A DNA stretch of 64,000 bases from Bigelowiella natans CCMP2755 (taxonomy: Eukaryota; Protista; Cercozoa), in the NCBI GenBank assembly GCA_000320545.1, contig ADNK01001700.1:21683-85682 (forward strand), in the 5' to 3' direction. Under the pieces are notes generated by a model. That model worked only from the letters and a program-made list of their open reading frames with translations, was not told the DNA's origin and ran no database searches. Position 1 is the first letter of the stretch. Each line of letters opens with the position of its first letter. Shown here one piece after another: positions 1-14,238 of this stretch. Position numbers and translations under genes: made by a program.

Positions 1-19
1 GCTTACCGAATCGTTTAAC

Positions 20-3000
20 TTGGAGACTGGGCGGTCGGTCTCCGGATCTACTTGGGAGGAGTTTTGCACATTCTCCATGACGCATCTTGTAGCTCTGAAC
101 TGGATGACTCATATAGGCTTCCCCCTAGAGGACAGCAGCACACTGCACACAATACGATCCGCCCACTTGGGTGTGGTGCTTTCAGATGTCACTAAAAAGA
201 ATAACCTTTCCCAGCTCAAAGATTATGCTGTCGCTGAGGAGTACTACAAAGATCCCGAAGATACAAGATGGAGAATGGAGATTGAAGATAAACAGCTGAT
301 TCCGTTGCAACGACTTGACCAAAAGCCCCAACAGCACCATGGGGGTGGTGGCAAGAGCAGGAAGGGAAATGGGAGCGCGCAGCGAAAATTTGAGCCTGGT
401 AAACCCGAGGAAACCGACGAAAAAGAGACTGCTTCGAGGGTGTCCTCCGTTTCAGTCCCCTGTTCAGAGGTCCTTGACCCTACTACCCCTACAGAGTCCC
501 AACTTCAAAGCTTCGATAAGAGAATGCCTAATCAACAACTTAAGCCCGCATGGGTATATGGTTACAATTTAAGCGCATCCACAAACAATATTCTCTACGA
601 CGGATGCGGCCATTTGGTGTACCCTGCCGCTTGCTTTGCCATTGTTTTCAACCCAGCTACACATTCACAGAGATATCACAACTCAAACGGTGGCCAGATT
701 CTTTCTCTTGCGAGGAATCCGGTTGATCCTCAGGTCATTGCTATAGCGGAGGCCGCGACTGTGACAAACGGAGTGAAAAGTATGCTTCCTCAGGTGTCGG
801 TGTTCCACTCTCTTAGTTTTGTGTCGTTCCGCATCCCGAATGTCATGAAGCATGCCGTCGTATCGGTATCATTTTCATGCGATGGAAAGTTCCTTGCCAC
901 CGCACAAGCAGATTCGGCTACATTGGCTGTATGGGATTGGAGAACAGGGAAAAACATGGCCACGGAAACTGCCCCTCGAGGCAAAATCGTCCAGATCAAA
1001 TGGAGCAACGTTGATGTAGGGTCACTTATTTCTGTTGGTCGTTGCCACGCCTACTTCTGGACATGGGAATCCCAACCAGGAAATTGCTCACTTCGGTGCA
1101 CCGAAGCGTTGACGAAGAAAAATGGGAAAAGGAACACCACATTTTCGTTGCAGACTTTCTGTAGCGTAGCGCATTTCCCGGCTGGCAAGGTAGCTGTTGG
1201 AGCATCTGGTGATGGCCAAGTCCACATCTTCGATGCTTCGAGTAAGGCTTTGGTGGAGAGCAAGATTATCTATCGTACATCATCGCTTTCTTGTATTTGC
1301 GACTGGGACAGCACAATGAAGATAAAAGGCGGTATTATCGCTGCGAGCGATCAAGGCCATATCACAGGAATAAACGAAAATTTTGAAAAAGCCTTCTTTT
1401 TGCAGTTTAAAGGAGAAGCTATTCACGCAATAACAGTGTTCAATAACCGACTTGCAGTGGGCACTCGAGCAGGCAAGATATACGAAGTAAACCATTTCTG
1501 CTCTTCAAAACATGGAGCAGCAGCTGCTACTGCTGCTGCTAAGAAAAGACTCGTTGTGGTTGGACACTCGAAAGGCGAACTCCAAGCGTGTGCAATGGAT
1601 CCTAAAAATCCCAAAAGGGTATTGACGGCTGCAGAAGATGGGAAAATAATTGCATGGAATCTTGAACAGCATTCTCACGTGAGTATACATGATGTTGCGC
1701 CGCCATCCGATAAGAGCCAGGGTGGCCAGGAAGCCCTCAGTCTGGCCATATCAGCAGACGGTGCGTATTTGGTCGTAGGGGTAGTGTCAGGAAGTTTGCA
1801 TATCTATGACGCAGTTACAATGAGTCATTTAACGTCACGGGAAATCGCCTCATATTCCCTTGAGCGTATTGTGAAGCTCGGTGCAAGTGTCGGAATTCGG
1901 GCCCTCAAATACAGCCCGGACAGTCGTGTTTTGGCTGCTGCGGGCGATGGAATGGTCGTGGTACTTCTCGATGCTACGCGAGATCACTTAGTATCCTGTG
2001 TTCTTTCCGCTCACACCGCTCCAATCCAGGCATTGGACTGGTCAGCTGACGGCATACTGCTTCGATCTGTGTGCAAAGAAGGTGTACTTCACTACTGGGA
2101 TGTTGATACCACCTCACGGAAGACCCACCGCTCGAAATTGCATCTTCCTCGTTCCTCCCCCGTGATCCAAGACGCATCCTGGCAAACTTCCAACTGTACG
2201 GCAGGGTGGGAGGTTCGCGGTACGATCCATACGTCAACTGGGCTTAATGCTGTGGACCTCATGAGAAAGAGAGGAGGAGGAGGCGGCGGCATATTGATCA
2301 CTGGCGACGATTTTGGCTTAGTAAGCTTGTTTCGATGGCCATGTGCGAGCTCCCATCACGGCCAAAGGGCATTCCATGCACATTCCCATCCATGCTTGGG
2401 AGTCAAATTTGGACTCGATGGAAATACAGCGATTTCCCTAGGAGGGAGAGATAAAGCTATTGTGCAATGGGACCTCTTCGACGACACTTTGTGCCATCAG
2501 TACGGAAAGAGCACCGGTGATGATGATGATGATGATGATGACACACCGCTTCCTGCTTATATTGATGCGCCTAAACAAAAGAAACAAGAGGGGAGAAAGA
2601 GTAGTGATTTTGACATGATCTTGGATCGTCTTGACAACCTACTGGATTCGAAACAATTTCGTATCATTACGCGAAAGTGTTTTGTTGATTTAGTTATTGC
2701 AGACACGGGAAACCCCCAAGGCCAGCACCTCTCGAGGAGGCAGCTCATTGTTATTACGTGTAGACTATGGGAATGGGTTCAGCGTAAATTGAAAATTCAG
2801 GGCAATCTCGACGAGAGGAGCATAACCACTACTGACAGAAATGCCGTCGTAAAGATGCTGGTTCAGCGATATGTTGCGGGAGGAGGTGACTCTGAGAAAA
2901 GCAGTGATAAAAATGAGAGGAAGCATCGAAAGGGTAATAGCAAAGTCGTAAATATGCGTGGAAAAGAGCTACCCGAAGCTATACTGTCCAATCTTTCAGA

Positions 3001-4208
3001 GAGACAATTTCTTATTGCAAGTCGCCGCTTAATTAGGGATATTTTCAGCGAGATGTTCGAGGAACGAGGCTGTCGCGATGGCCTAGGCCCAGAACGAAGA
3101 ATCAATCCAGTTGTTCTAAAAAACGTGCTACCGGATGCTAAAGCGGTGGAAAAGCTCAGGTTAGAATGTGGGGTGACACTAATGAGACCTCGAGATGTCG
3201 TCAACATCCCAAGGTACACAGCAGGGTTATCGTTGGATCTTCCGATTCCCTTACAGCACCAGCAGCCAATTGGTAGTAGGAGGAAAAACACTATCCGCAA
3301 CCTTTTTCCTAAGGAGGCGGCGACTTTAGAAAGGCCTCAAGAAGGAGGGAAGTCAAAAGAAGCAGCTGCTCGAGAAACGTTCAGCAGTAACAGCAAGTCA
3401 ATCGGCAAGTATATGAAACGAATCTTGGTGCACGGAGAGGCAATTCAGCCGTGGAGACGTGTGGTCCACCTCCTCAAACCGTCGTCCAATCCAAAGCGGA
3501 ACGTTACAAGAATGCCTGAAAAGAAACTCGAAATCGATTGGGTGCACGGATATAACCCTGTTGACTCGCGCTCGAACGTAGTCCTAAATTCTGCTGGGGA
3601 GGTGGTATATCCTTGCGCGTCGCTGATAGTCGTGTACGACCCCAAAGAGCACTCGCAAAGAATCCTTCGAGGTCATACTTCAGACGTTCGGTGTCTTGCC
3701 CAAAATCCTGCAGATTGTGACATAATCGCTTCAGGTCAAGCTGGCTTCATCTCTAGTGATGGGACTGTTGCTCCACCGATGATTTGTTTGTTTAATACAA
3801 GAAACCCAAAACAGAAGTGGGTCATTCGTGAAGCCCATTTTCGTGCGGTGCGAGCGATGGCGTTCAATGCAAATGGCAAGATTCTTGCCTCTGTTGGAGA
3901 AGACCCCGAGGCAACGCTAAAGCTCTGGGCAGTGAAGCAGTCAAAATGGGTTTTTGAGACCACGCATACAAGTAAGGATTGTGGAATTGATCTACAGTTT
4001 TTTGTTCTTTTGTTGTAATTGTTGTCATTCATGCATCGTTTTGATGGAGCTTGACCACAATATACTGGTGGTTGCTGATCCTCCGCTGGTGGGAAAAATC
4101 GTATCCCAACGTCGACACAACGCAATTCCTGCACCCCTCACCAGTAGTAGCAAAAGATGATGTTCCACAAAACTAGACATTGCCTCAAACAATGACCGAT
4201 TGACACTG

Positions 4209-4244
<36 letters not shown>

Positions 4245-4484
4245 CTATATACATACACAAGGCTACTTAGCCAATACATTGAGTGCGTGCAGCCCGTGAG
4301 CCCCATAATGGAAATATAGATGCTACATTTAATCATCACGCCTGTTCCCCCTCCCCTTCTTTTGATAGGCAAAAAGAGTGGTTTGTGCTACGGAGTGGCT
4401 TGGAGTGCTAGCGACAATTCAAGATTTGTTACCATTGGTAACAATGGAATATGCGTCTGGTACCGCAACTATAATTACTACTAT

Positions 4485-4517
<33 letters not shown>

Positions 4518-6906
4518 CACTACTACCACTACTACTACTACTACTACATATTTTTGATTGCCACAATGAAGAAGTAAAAGAGACGGTCAATCGGCAACCG
4601 TGTACGTGAGGACTTCTTCTTTTCCACATCTTCGATGGGAGAAGTCAGATTTAAAAAATGGGAGGGAGGAGAAGCAAATAGAAAGATAAATCCGCATCTT
4701 GAGTGTGACAATCTTCTGCATTCAATAGGCAATATAGAATGGGAGTTCTTTCTGCTTCAAAGATTGAATTATGCGAGCCTCATCGGGATCTAAGGTGATA
4801 CTTTTATTACATATCGTCATCTGTTTGCAGTTTTGGGAGAAAATATTGAATTACCACATGTCGTATGTTAATTCATTTGAAACTTGAAGAATGTTTATAC
4901 AGTAGCACCCTTAATGCTGCAACCGCGGATCCATATTCCATAATATATATGTACACAATTGATATATTGAATATAATAATGGATATACGGTGCAATCCAT
5001 ACTGTTACATTGAATCGCTGCTGCAGACGTAAAATGTTGTTTATGTTTTAGGTTCCAGCAACCAATGAGCGTAGGATTTGACCAGAACAGTGAAAACAGA
5101 TTCATCGTTGGAATGCAAGGGACTGGAAATTTACACATCTTCGAGGTACTACTGACGTGGAACAATCCATCCACGTCATACATTCGATGATCCCGTCACC
5201 TGCTCAATTACTCACACGGGATTGATTGATTTGACCACAAAATACATACTACTCGTCTTGTCATCCTTTTGTATTTCAGGATGAAAAGCTAGTGGAGACC
5301 AAAAAGTGTCACTACGGATCCTGTAACTCGATTTCGACTTCAAAGGTGTGGAGGAGAAGACAAGGAGAGCATTAATCGTCAATGAAAATGGAGGATTTGA
5401 TAGTGATAATTTTGAGATCATCATCTTGCTGCTGCTGCTGCTGCTGCCTTTGATTATTAATCAAATGCTTTGTTAAATTGCTCCTCCTACCCCTACTACT
5501 ACTATGGTTATTAGGACTGGTTTGTGGCTGGATGTAGCGATGGCAAAGTGACTCTCATAAATCCAACCAATCTCGAGATTGAAAAAACGATCCAGGTGCT
5601 ATTTTGAGCACACTGAGCACACTAAACATACACATGTTGTCCTCTCTCTTATCGGTGGTTTGTATGTAATCAAGTGTAATAATCTTTAAACTATACACGG
5701 ACGTACACAAGCTGCTGCTGCTGCGCCAAAATTAAGTTGAATGGTGCTGTATTTATGTTGGGTGATGGTGGTGTCCAATACAATGATCAGTTTCCAAGTG
5801 GGGTTAGAAGCGTAAATTTACTACAAAACGCAATGGTTGCTGGCACTGTGGATGGGAAGGTACCATTAAAAAATCAACGGCTCAAAGTATATATTACTTT
5901 CGTTAGGGATAGGATATCTGCACTTCTTTTCTCGATTAAAGCCGCACTACTTTCTGAAAACATCATTGTTTCAAAACCCCCCCCCTTAAATTTGGGCGTG
6001 TAGAGGGAACTAGGGAGAAGGGAGGATCTGCACAGCAGCAGCCTAGATTTTCCTTTGTTCCTTTTTTCAATATTTTTCTCTCAAATTTATTATTCTGCAC
6101 CACCACCACCCTCCTCCTCGCTGATAGTGCTGCTGCTGCTGCTGCTGTTACTCTTCTTACTGCCATCGTCATCAGATCTACATCGTCGATGACTTGAAGA
6201 GATTCAAGCCACACCATGATCTTCCCGCACCAGTGGTAGAAGTACATTGTGGTGGGGGGCTGCTTAAAGGGATCGACTCGCATCCCTTATCCGTCAGTGG
6301 CCACGAGGAGTACGTCACAGCCGGCGACGATGGCTTGGTGTGTAGATGGTCGGTACGAATGCGCAAACCTTTACGATATGCACGGCTCAAAAGGTGGACA
6401 AGAAGAAGTAGTAGAAGAAGAGATATTCTTCAGCAGAGACAAACAATCAATAAAAACGACGACGACTCGAAGAAAGAGCTGAATTCCACGGTGCAGCGGC
6501 ACAATAGCGATAGCGAAGAAGCGAGGGAGGAGGTAAAAGAAAGTCTGCAGCATCAGCACCAGGCGCATAAATCGTCATCTTACCATCGGCACAATATTGA
6601 ATATCTTCCTTCCTTATCGTCCTCCGCCTCTGCAAGAAGTGTCTGCTACAGCCCTTCTGGCGAGCATTTAGCCGTTGGAACCCGGGATGGGGCACTCCAC
6701 GTATTAAGATGCAAAGACATGCAAACCATTTCCCACCATCAGCTCTCCGATTACTTTGGATCACTATTATCCTCATCATCAGTGATGGGTAACGACAGAA
6801 ATACGAAAGACATAATCTCTGGTGGTGGTGGTGGTGGTGGTGGTGGTGGTGGTGGTGGTTTAGATGATGCTGGCCAGGATGACTACTTCCACCATAGTAG
6901 CAGTAA

Positions 6907-6938
<32 letters not shown>

Positions 6939-7606
6939 CCAATAGTTGTGCATTCGAAGTGTTTGCGGTAAGGTATTCTCCATCAAATAGTCTCTTGGCC
7001 GTATGCATTGCGAAGCATATAATTCTCTGCAGTCCTGCGGAAGACTATGCCCCTAAGGCCGCTGTGGCTACGGGTTTGCAGTGTGATATTGAGGGAGGGT
7101 TAGATTGGTCTGCTGACGGGAACTACATTCAATTCGTTGATTCTTCGGAAATGATCCATTTCTTCGCCATTGATCAAGCGCGACCAGCCCTCTCCCGCAA
7201 AGTCGAGGAAATAGCCACCATGAAAAATATATCGTGGGCCTCTCGCACGTGCACAGCGACATGGTACCTGCAAGGAACCCGCTCGGAAACAGGGGATGGG
7301 AGCGACGTAAAGTCTGTTGATATCACGAAGGATTCGAAGTTGCTGCTAACAGGAGATCACCAGGGCAATGTTCATCTCTGCCGCTACCCGTGCATGGAGA
7401 CGAAGAACTTCCGGCGTACCGAATTTGCACACGGATGTGGGACGGTTAGGGTAAGGTGCTCGCCTCCCCTCATCAGTAAAGAGGCAGCAAAGAAGCTGAA
7501 GATAAATGCCATAGAAGAAGGGGGAGAAAGTAAAATTGACCAAACATTCGTGCTGTCGATTGGAGAAAAGGATAATACGATTATACAATGGAAGATTGTA
7601 AAATAG
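20..7606 (+). CDS. Echinoderm microtubule-associated protein-like (EML5/EML6-type) WD40 protein with two HELP+WD40 modules; multi-exon; 5' end may lie outside the window
   Basis: ORF 20..4018 has two HELP-like motifs (LKPAWVYGYN; KKLEIDWVHGYN...GEVVYPCASLIVVYD) and EML-type WD40 ends (LDWSADG; LITGDDFGLVSLFRWPC; SLGGRDKAIVQW). Intron donor near 3972, small GT-AG exons near 4369-4460, 5052-5144, 5515-5594, 5791-5859, and a last exon ~6176-7606 (LLLTGDHQGNVHLCRYPC; SIGEKDNTIIQWKIVK*). Confidence 0.9.
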
Positions 7607-8685
7607 ATTGGGAAAACTGCGAGCGTAATGCAATGCTTTCTCCTGATATGATACGATGTTGATCACACACACACACACACACACGCACAATGTTCAATAG
7701 ATAAGACCTTATCGAGTAATAAATGCACAACTTGCTCCATAAACATCAGCCATGTTACTTTCTTTTGTGAAACTTATTTGTGCCCATCATAACAATGCAC
7801 ATGTAGACATTCTTCCATCGTGAATGAATAACAAGCAGTGCCATGACACATGCACGTGTGCTATCACGTGTACGCTGAGATTTCTGACGCAAATTCCATG
7901 CCTACCACGCCTAACGTTTTGATTCGCGATCGACCAGAGCTACTACACTGTTAGCTAGTTAGACTCATAACTGTTGCAGGTTTGGCCACGATTTTTGGTT
8001 GCACAACGCGCACAATGTTTCTACACAAAAGGTGTATACGCTAATGCAACGTAACAGAGAATTAACAGTAACATGTACAAGGCACGGCATACGTACACAT
8101 GCGCGACATGTGTTCCATCGCCTTGCCTATCAGCTAGCTAGCCAAAGCGTCATGTATGATCGATGTAGTATGTGCGTGCGTACATGCTCATTTTTTTAGG
8201 CTATTATAATCTTGCCCTCTGCAACTTGAGCAAGATTTTGTTGCAAGTCACATGCATCATTCTAGCATTGTTATTGTGTCGCGCAGCAGCCTGTGTATTA
8301 GGATAAATGATAGCAGCATAATGCATGTTTTGTGCACTGTTGGAATCCTCAAGCTACGGCGCTATCGATTTAATAGGACGACTCATACACACACATGTAA
8401 ATATGCGGCTATGCTATGTTCACATTCATTACATATAGCGCACCTACGGACATAGCCTGACACAACAGCGTGATGGATTTGAGACGAATAACGTGGATCA
8501 GTATGTGATCGAGCTCTAGAACCCCTCTAAGATATATGATCGATAAAAGGTTGCAGTATTATAAGGCATGAAAAGCAGAACAACGAATTATCTTTATTCT
8601 ATTTTAACACACTGTAAGAGAAATACATCAAAGCATGTCAAGTAATCTTTGAAAAAAAAAGATCTGATTAGAAACAGATTGAAAT

Positions 8686-9474
8686 TTACTCCTCACCTAT
8701 CGACGTGAATTTGCCGTCCTCCTCCCTGTTGACCTTGTGAAAGGTTGTCACTTCGGATGGATACAGAGGCCCATAGACATGTGGAAAGAGCAATTTCTCT
8801 GCAAAAGTAACACGAAGTTAGGTGACAAGGGTAAGAATACAGCTGCAACAAGCTGCCATAGGAGGGGCAGACCGACCTTTAGTGTGAGATTCTTTGTCGC
8901 CAACAGCAGCTGGAGATTCCCACCTAAAGTTGTAGAATAATAATAGAGCGGTAAGTATAAGTAAATTGATCGTAAATATTTGATATTTAGAATAGACTGA
9001 TACTTCAGCGGAGATTTGAGCTTCTTCACGTCGATAGCGAGACAAATCCAATCCCTTTTCGATTCCCGATAAAAATGATTCGCTAACAAGGGAAGGAGGA
9101 GGAGGAAAATGGAGCAGACTTTGAAAATTTGCAGACGGGAAGCACTCAATGAAATAGGTACAGACGATCTGTCATATTCTCTGATTTTCCCTTTTAAACA
9201 CTTTTCAAAACACGAACCTATGCTTATGAGTGACTTTGGGTCATGAGTTGCATGTGTGAAACCATCTTGCTTATAAGTGGCTGGAAAATATGGTTCCTTC
9301 TCGCTCGCTTTTGTCCATTCCTCCACTTCGATCAGGTGGTATATCGTAGTCGCGTCTGCATGTTGGTTGCACAGGCAATTCATACTGGGCCTTCTTCAAT
9401 TTCTCATGTGTAGTGCAGAATAAGGCTACTATCAATCAATGATTGAATCAATCATCAGAGGTATATACTACTGT

Positions 9475-9515
<41 letters not shown>

Positions 9516-9535
9516 GCACCTGTGGAATTGGCCAT
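8686..9535 (-). CDS. DUF952 family protein (multi-exon)
   Basis: Spliced reading: MANSTDATTIYHLIEVEEWTKASEKEPYFPATYKQDGFTHATHDP...NHFYRESKRDWICLAIDVKKLKSPLK...WESPAAVGD...LFPHVYGPL...DGKFTSIGEE*. The IYH, DGFxH and FPHxYGP motifs are typical of DUF952. Confidence 0.85.
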
Positions 9536-9825
9536 GATCGTACTACGGAGCTGCTGGGTGGTGTGTGGTAGAATAACAAGAAATTGAGGGCTGCAGCTTT
9601 ATCTCATAGAACGAGGAATAGGCCCGTTTTCGATAAAACGGCATCGATTTTGGATGTCGCAACCTTGAAATATACGCACAATGGCCTAGTTTTACGGGGA
9701 AATCATCATTTACGACAAGGCACTAATGTTATTATCCAAGAAATAGAAGAACAAGCACCCCCAGCTTGCCTTTTCGCCCCCCCCCCCAAAAGAAATGCCC
9801 CCATAGTCTGAACAATAGTGGCAAA

Positions 9826-10338
9826 ATGATGCAACACAGCTGGTCAAGAGGAAATTCTGCATTTGCCCTTGTCTTTATAGCATCATGGACTGCTGCTGTC
9901 GTCTTGTCGGCGTTCTTTTATCACCCCTGGCTGAACATTGATGGTGGAAAGGTGTGCTTAACCTACGGCCACTCGTTTTCTTACCCCTTTTTATTCTCCT
10001 TTATTGCCATCTGATGATTTACTATGTTTTCCAGCTTCAATTTCCTGGATTTAACTGGATTCAAGCGTAAGTGAGTGACCATTTGCGCACGATGGAGGCT
10101 AATTAGGGGCTGGTTTTTTGCTTGCTTGCTGGCTATTACTACTTGATTTACAGGACAAACGCTGGAGGATACTCTCCACCACCGTGGAAATTTGAGGTCT
10201 TTTCGATCCAGCTTGATATAATACAGAAGATTTTAATGGCACGAAGTCTCTGAGAGTCGTCGGTCGGGAATTATTCAATTTTTTTGGCTTTCTGCTTCTA
10301 CTATTTAGTTCTGAGAATACCCTTTATTGAAACAATGG

Positions 10339-10372
<34 letters not shown>

Positions 10373-10877
10373 AATGATGATGATGATGATGATGATGATG
10401 ACAGGGGCGAGCTATCTACCAGCTTCATCCAGTTGATGTGGAAACTGCCAAGAAATACATCCCTTCAAACCTTAACATTGTTCAATTTGCGGGGTAATAG
10501 AGCGAGAAAGAGAGCGAGAGAGAGAGGGGGGGGGGGAAGGGGAAGCCGAAAATCTATGACGTAACCCATTGCGTTTAATTCATCGAAACATAATCAACTC
10601 ATTGCATCCCTCTCTCTTCCTTCTCCCCCCCCTCCCTCCTCCATACCTACATCTCTTGAAAGATATACACTGGGAGGCTTTTACTTAGCTAACTACACAG
10701 ACAGTCCTGCAAGGGGCAAGAAGCAATTTGGTGGGAAGATTTTATTGCCTGAATGAACGAAGAACCATGTTGCTTTGCATTGATCACTGTTGAACGTCAT
10801 CACGTCTTTTGTCTTCCTGACTATTTTGCAATGGTTTCCCATTTTATGTTCTTTAGGCGAGCTTGTTGTTTGTGCGG

Positions 10878-10949
<72 letters not shown>

Positions 10950-11233
10950 TGGGGGATGAGGGTGGAGGGATGGAAGAAATTGGGGAGGGAGATAGAGAGA
11001 GAAAGATGGGGCCAAAAGAGCGCACATTTAGGCTTCTATCCATCATTTCCAATTTATAAGCAAGTAAAACTTCGTATTGGATTATTGTATATCATGTGAT
11101 GGGAAACTAAATCTATACATACACGTACATAAACACAAGCATATTAATCAATCAATCATCACAAGGGATTAGTCTGGAATCCACCAACCTCATGTGCTTG
11201 GGCCTCACATATCTTCGTCGGAAGGTAGAAGTT

Positions 11234-11266
<33 letters not shown>

Positions 11267-11298
11267 TGTTGCTGTCGTAAGGAGTATACTAACAACCA

Positions 11299-11338
<40 letters not shown>

Positions 11339-13070
11339 CCTTAACAGGATCCCGTTTTCTGAAATGTACAAACCGTTCACTACTTGTTCATAATTCTTGT
11401 TTTCGCAGCAAATCAGCCAAAGTCCACGGGGAAAGGGAGGTGATTCTAGTGGTTTGATAGTTTATTGTCAATCGTTGTAAGTCTTCATGAATCAAACATC
11501 AATTATTTTGTCTGCTGTGTTGAGGTTGCTATTTGCATGAGAAATGACTCAAATTTTTGTTGTCATGATTTTATGAGGTGGGACTTCCGGAATACATGGC
11601 TGATTTCAATGTAGTAGCCATAGTATATTCGTTTTATCATCAATTTTGCCCCTCCTCCTACTCTTATCTTTCTCATAATTTTTCTGAGCAAGGGGTTGTT
11701 TGTTTGTTTGTTTGTTGTTATCTTGATTCTTCTTGCATGCATGCATTCATTCATGATGCAGATGGATGATCGGCGACCTGGGCTTAGACGAAGCTGGACA
11801 CAGTTCTGGAAGTCCAAGACAAGTAGTAGACCAGAATTATCAGTGATTTCCGGGTAAGAGAGAGCGGCATGCGATGCCACTCAGCTACGTATATGGTGAT
11901 GAGAATGATTATGATGATGATAATGATGATGATGATAAATAGCTGCTGCTGCTGCTACTTACGAGTAAGGAAGGAGGGGAGAAGTAATATCAGCTCCACG
12001 ACACCATTCTGCCTTCTAATTTCGAGTTTTGTGCACGAATGGATAACGTTAAAGCGCAACCCTCTATGATATGAACGACGAGAGACTTTCAAAAGAAATG
12101 TGTAATTTGACTAGTTTTTGATGTTGCCTGAGCTGCTGATAATGAGGTGTCCAGTCTGCTCTTCGATCATGTCAATATTTGCTACTAAACAATGCCCCAC
12201 ATGGATTCTTTCTTCCTCCTGTTGGAATAATAATGATGACAATAGTGATAACAATAATAATAATAATAGTAATACTAATAATAATTGCATCAGGGGCTCT
12301 GAAATGATGAAGGTAGCAATACCAGAAGAACGCCGTGGATGGAGGGCAGGTTTCCCCATAGCCATGCGCCTCCCATCGTTTTCCGGATATAATAAGTAAG
12401 AAAACAATGTTTGTCGCATCACAAATGATTGTTAGTTGAACTTCATGACAAAAGACAACATATCATCCTCCTTCTCCTCCTCCTGCTGCTGCTGCCACTA
12501 ATCTACAAAAGCTTTCCCAAATGACCGTGATTAGATGAAATAATTTTAACAACAATGCACAACATTGCACTTATTGTTGAGAAGATTGAGCAAAAACTCA
12601 ATCTGTCGTGCGGTTTTCATTCAGATATGAGAAGAATCTTCTGACATATTCTCTGGATTTGAAATCGAGACTCTCACTCATTGTTCCCGGTTGTGAGGTG
12701 CGGATCCATCTTCCTTTCAGTTTGACAAAAGAAGCAGCATTGAGAACAACATAGTAGGCAAATCAACGAGGAGGGGTGTGCTCAAATTTGCCAATACATA
12801 GCATTGGCTGTTTGCTGTGTTTTGTTTAAGCAAAGCATGTTATAAAAGGCATCGTATGCATTGTGACCATCGCCATTTATATTACTTTGACACTTGCTCA
12901 TCATTAGGTTCAGGTACCGAAGAAGTCCCCCCTTCATGAGCTTCTGCGCCGTAGGCCGCTCATATCTCTTTGTTTTGAAAAGCTGAGAATGGATGTTGAG
13001 GCGCCGACAAAGTATGATCCCGCACTTACTTTCAAGAATGTGCCGTTTAAGTTCCTTCAGAAACAGCCTC

Positions 13071-13108
<38 letters not shown>

Positions 13109-13144
13109 CAAGAACAACAGCCTAAGGGGTCATTATCAACCTAG
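9826..13144 (+). CDS. NXD1: Protein NEOXANTHIN-DEFICIENT 1 homolog with N-terminal hydrophobic leader (multi-exon)
   Basis: Exons read GYSPPPWKF, RAIYQLHPVDVETAKKYIP, YTLGGFYLANYTDSPA, GLVWNPPTSCAWASHIFV, VGLP, MRLPSFSG, NLLTYSLDL, RPLISLCFEKLRMDVEAP. These are colinear with plant NXD1 blocks (GYAKPPWIF; YTLGGFFLASYDDSPAG; GIVWNPPTSCAWA; LPSFSG; MQVEAP). Stop TAG at 13142-13144. Confidence 0.88.
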
Positions 13145-13710
13145 CGAATGATCGCGAGTAGTAGCGATGATAGCCAATATGCAATAAATTAGCATGGCAG
13201 CATACGTATGTACTAGCGTATGAGTATCGTACCGAGACTTTATATATACGACGGATGACGGAGAAAATCTATAGCACACATGCACTGTATGTAAGTCAAA
13301 TAATGATTTCATGCAATAAGCTCACGTACGTACGTACCATTGTTACCTCAGGACTATATGCACAGCATAAGGATGATGATGATATCTAGTAGGCACATGA
13401 TAGCAGCGGGGCAATTTTGATGCAGCATGCTAGCATGATGCGGCTACGCTAGTACGTACGAATAATGAGTAGAATTAGAGAAAGAACATGCGGTGTATGC
13501 ATATTAGAATTCATGTGTACGAATTTGCATGCTCTACGTGTACATCTTCATGCGTCCATAATGTCCTTAAGCATGCATATTCTAGCTAGCGCAGAGCTCA
13601 CACATTATACACACAGCGTAGTGCAAGCGCATATCTTGCATATATATGCTCCCGCGCATGACGACGTACTGCCATGCTATCCGCAAAATCAGATTATCAA
13701 GTTTCATCGA

Positions 13711-14202
13711 TTACGGCGACTCTCTTTCCCCAGCAATCTGTTGCATGGCCATTGTGCCATTGGAGAACGGATAGCATGCCATTACTTTCTCCGCAAGAAG
13801 CCTAGCCTCTAAGCTGCGGCCACAGCTCTTGATTATACCCCGGCAAAGCTTGAAAGCACTTTGCTTACTAATGAAATCTTTGAGGTCCTCCTCTTGGTAA
13901 ATGTTGCCCTCGTGAGCTCCTTTTATGGCATCAAACGCAAACTGGAGTCCGTATAATTTGCAGATCTTTTTATCGTAGGAGAGAGTCTCTATGTCGCCGA
14001 TGCTGGTCATTTTGAGCCTGAATCATCGATATTTGATTGAGATTGTGATGGTCATTCGAGGATGCTCGTCGTCGTCGTCACTTACGCGTGTACACACATT
14101 AGTTTCTTAAATGAGTAAGAATACCTAAAGGAACGGTAGCACAACCACCACCACTACTACCACCACCACCACAAGTGCGAAATAATAAATTAAGTACGAA
14201 AT

Positions 14203-14238
<36 letters not shown>

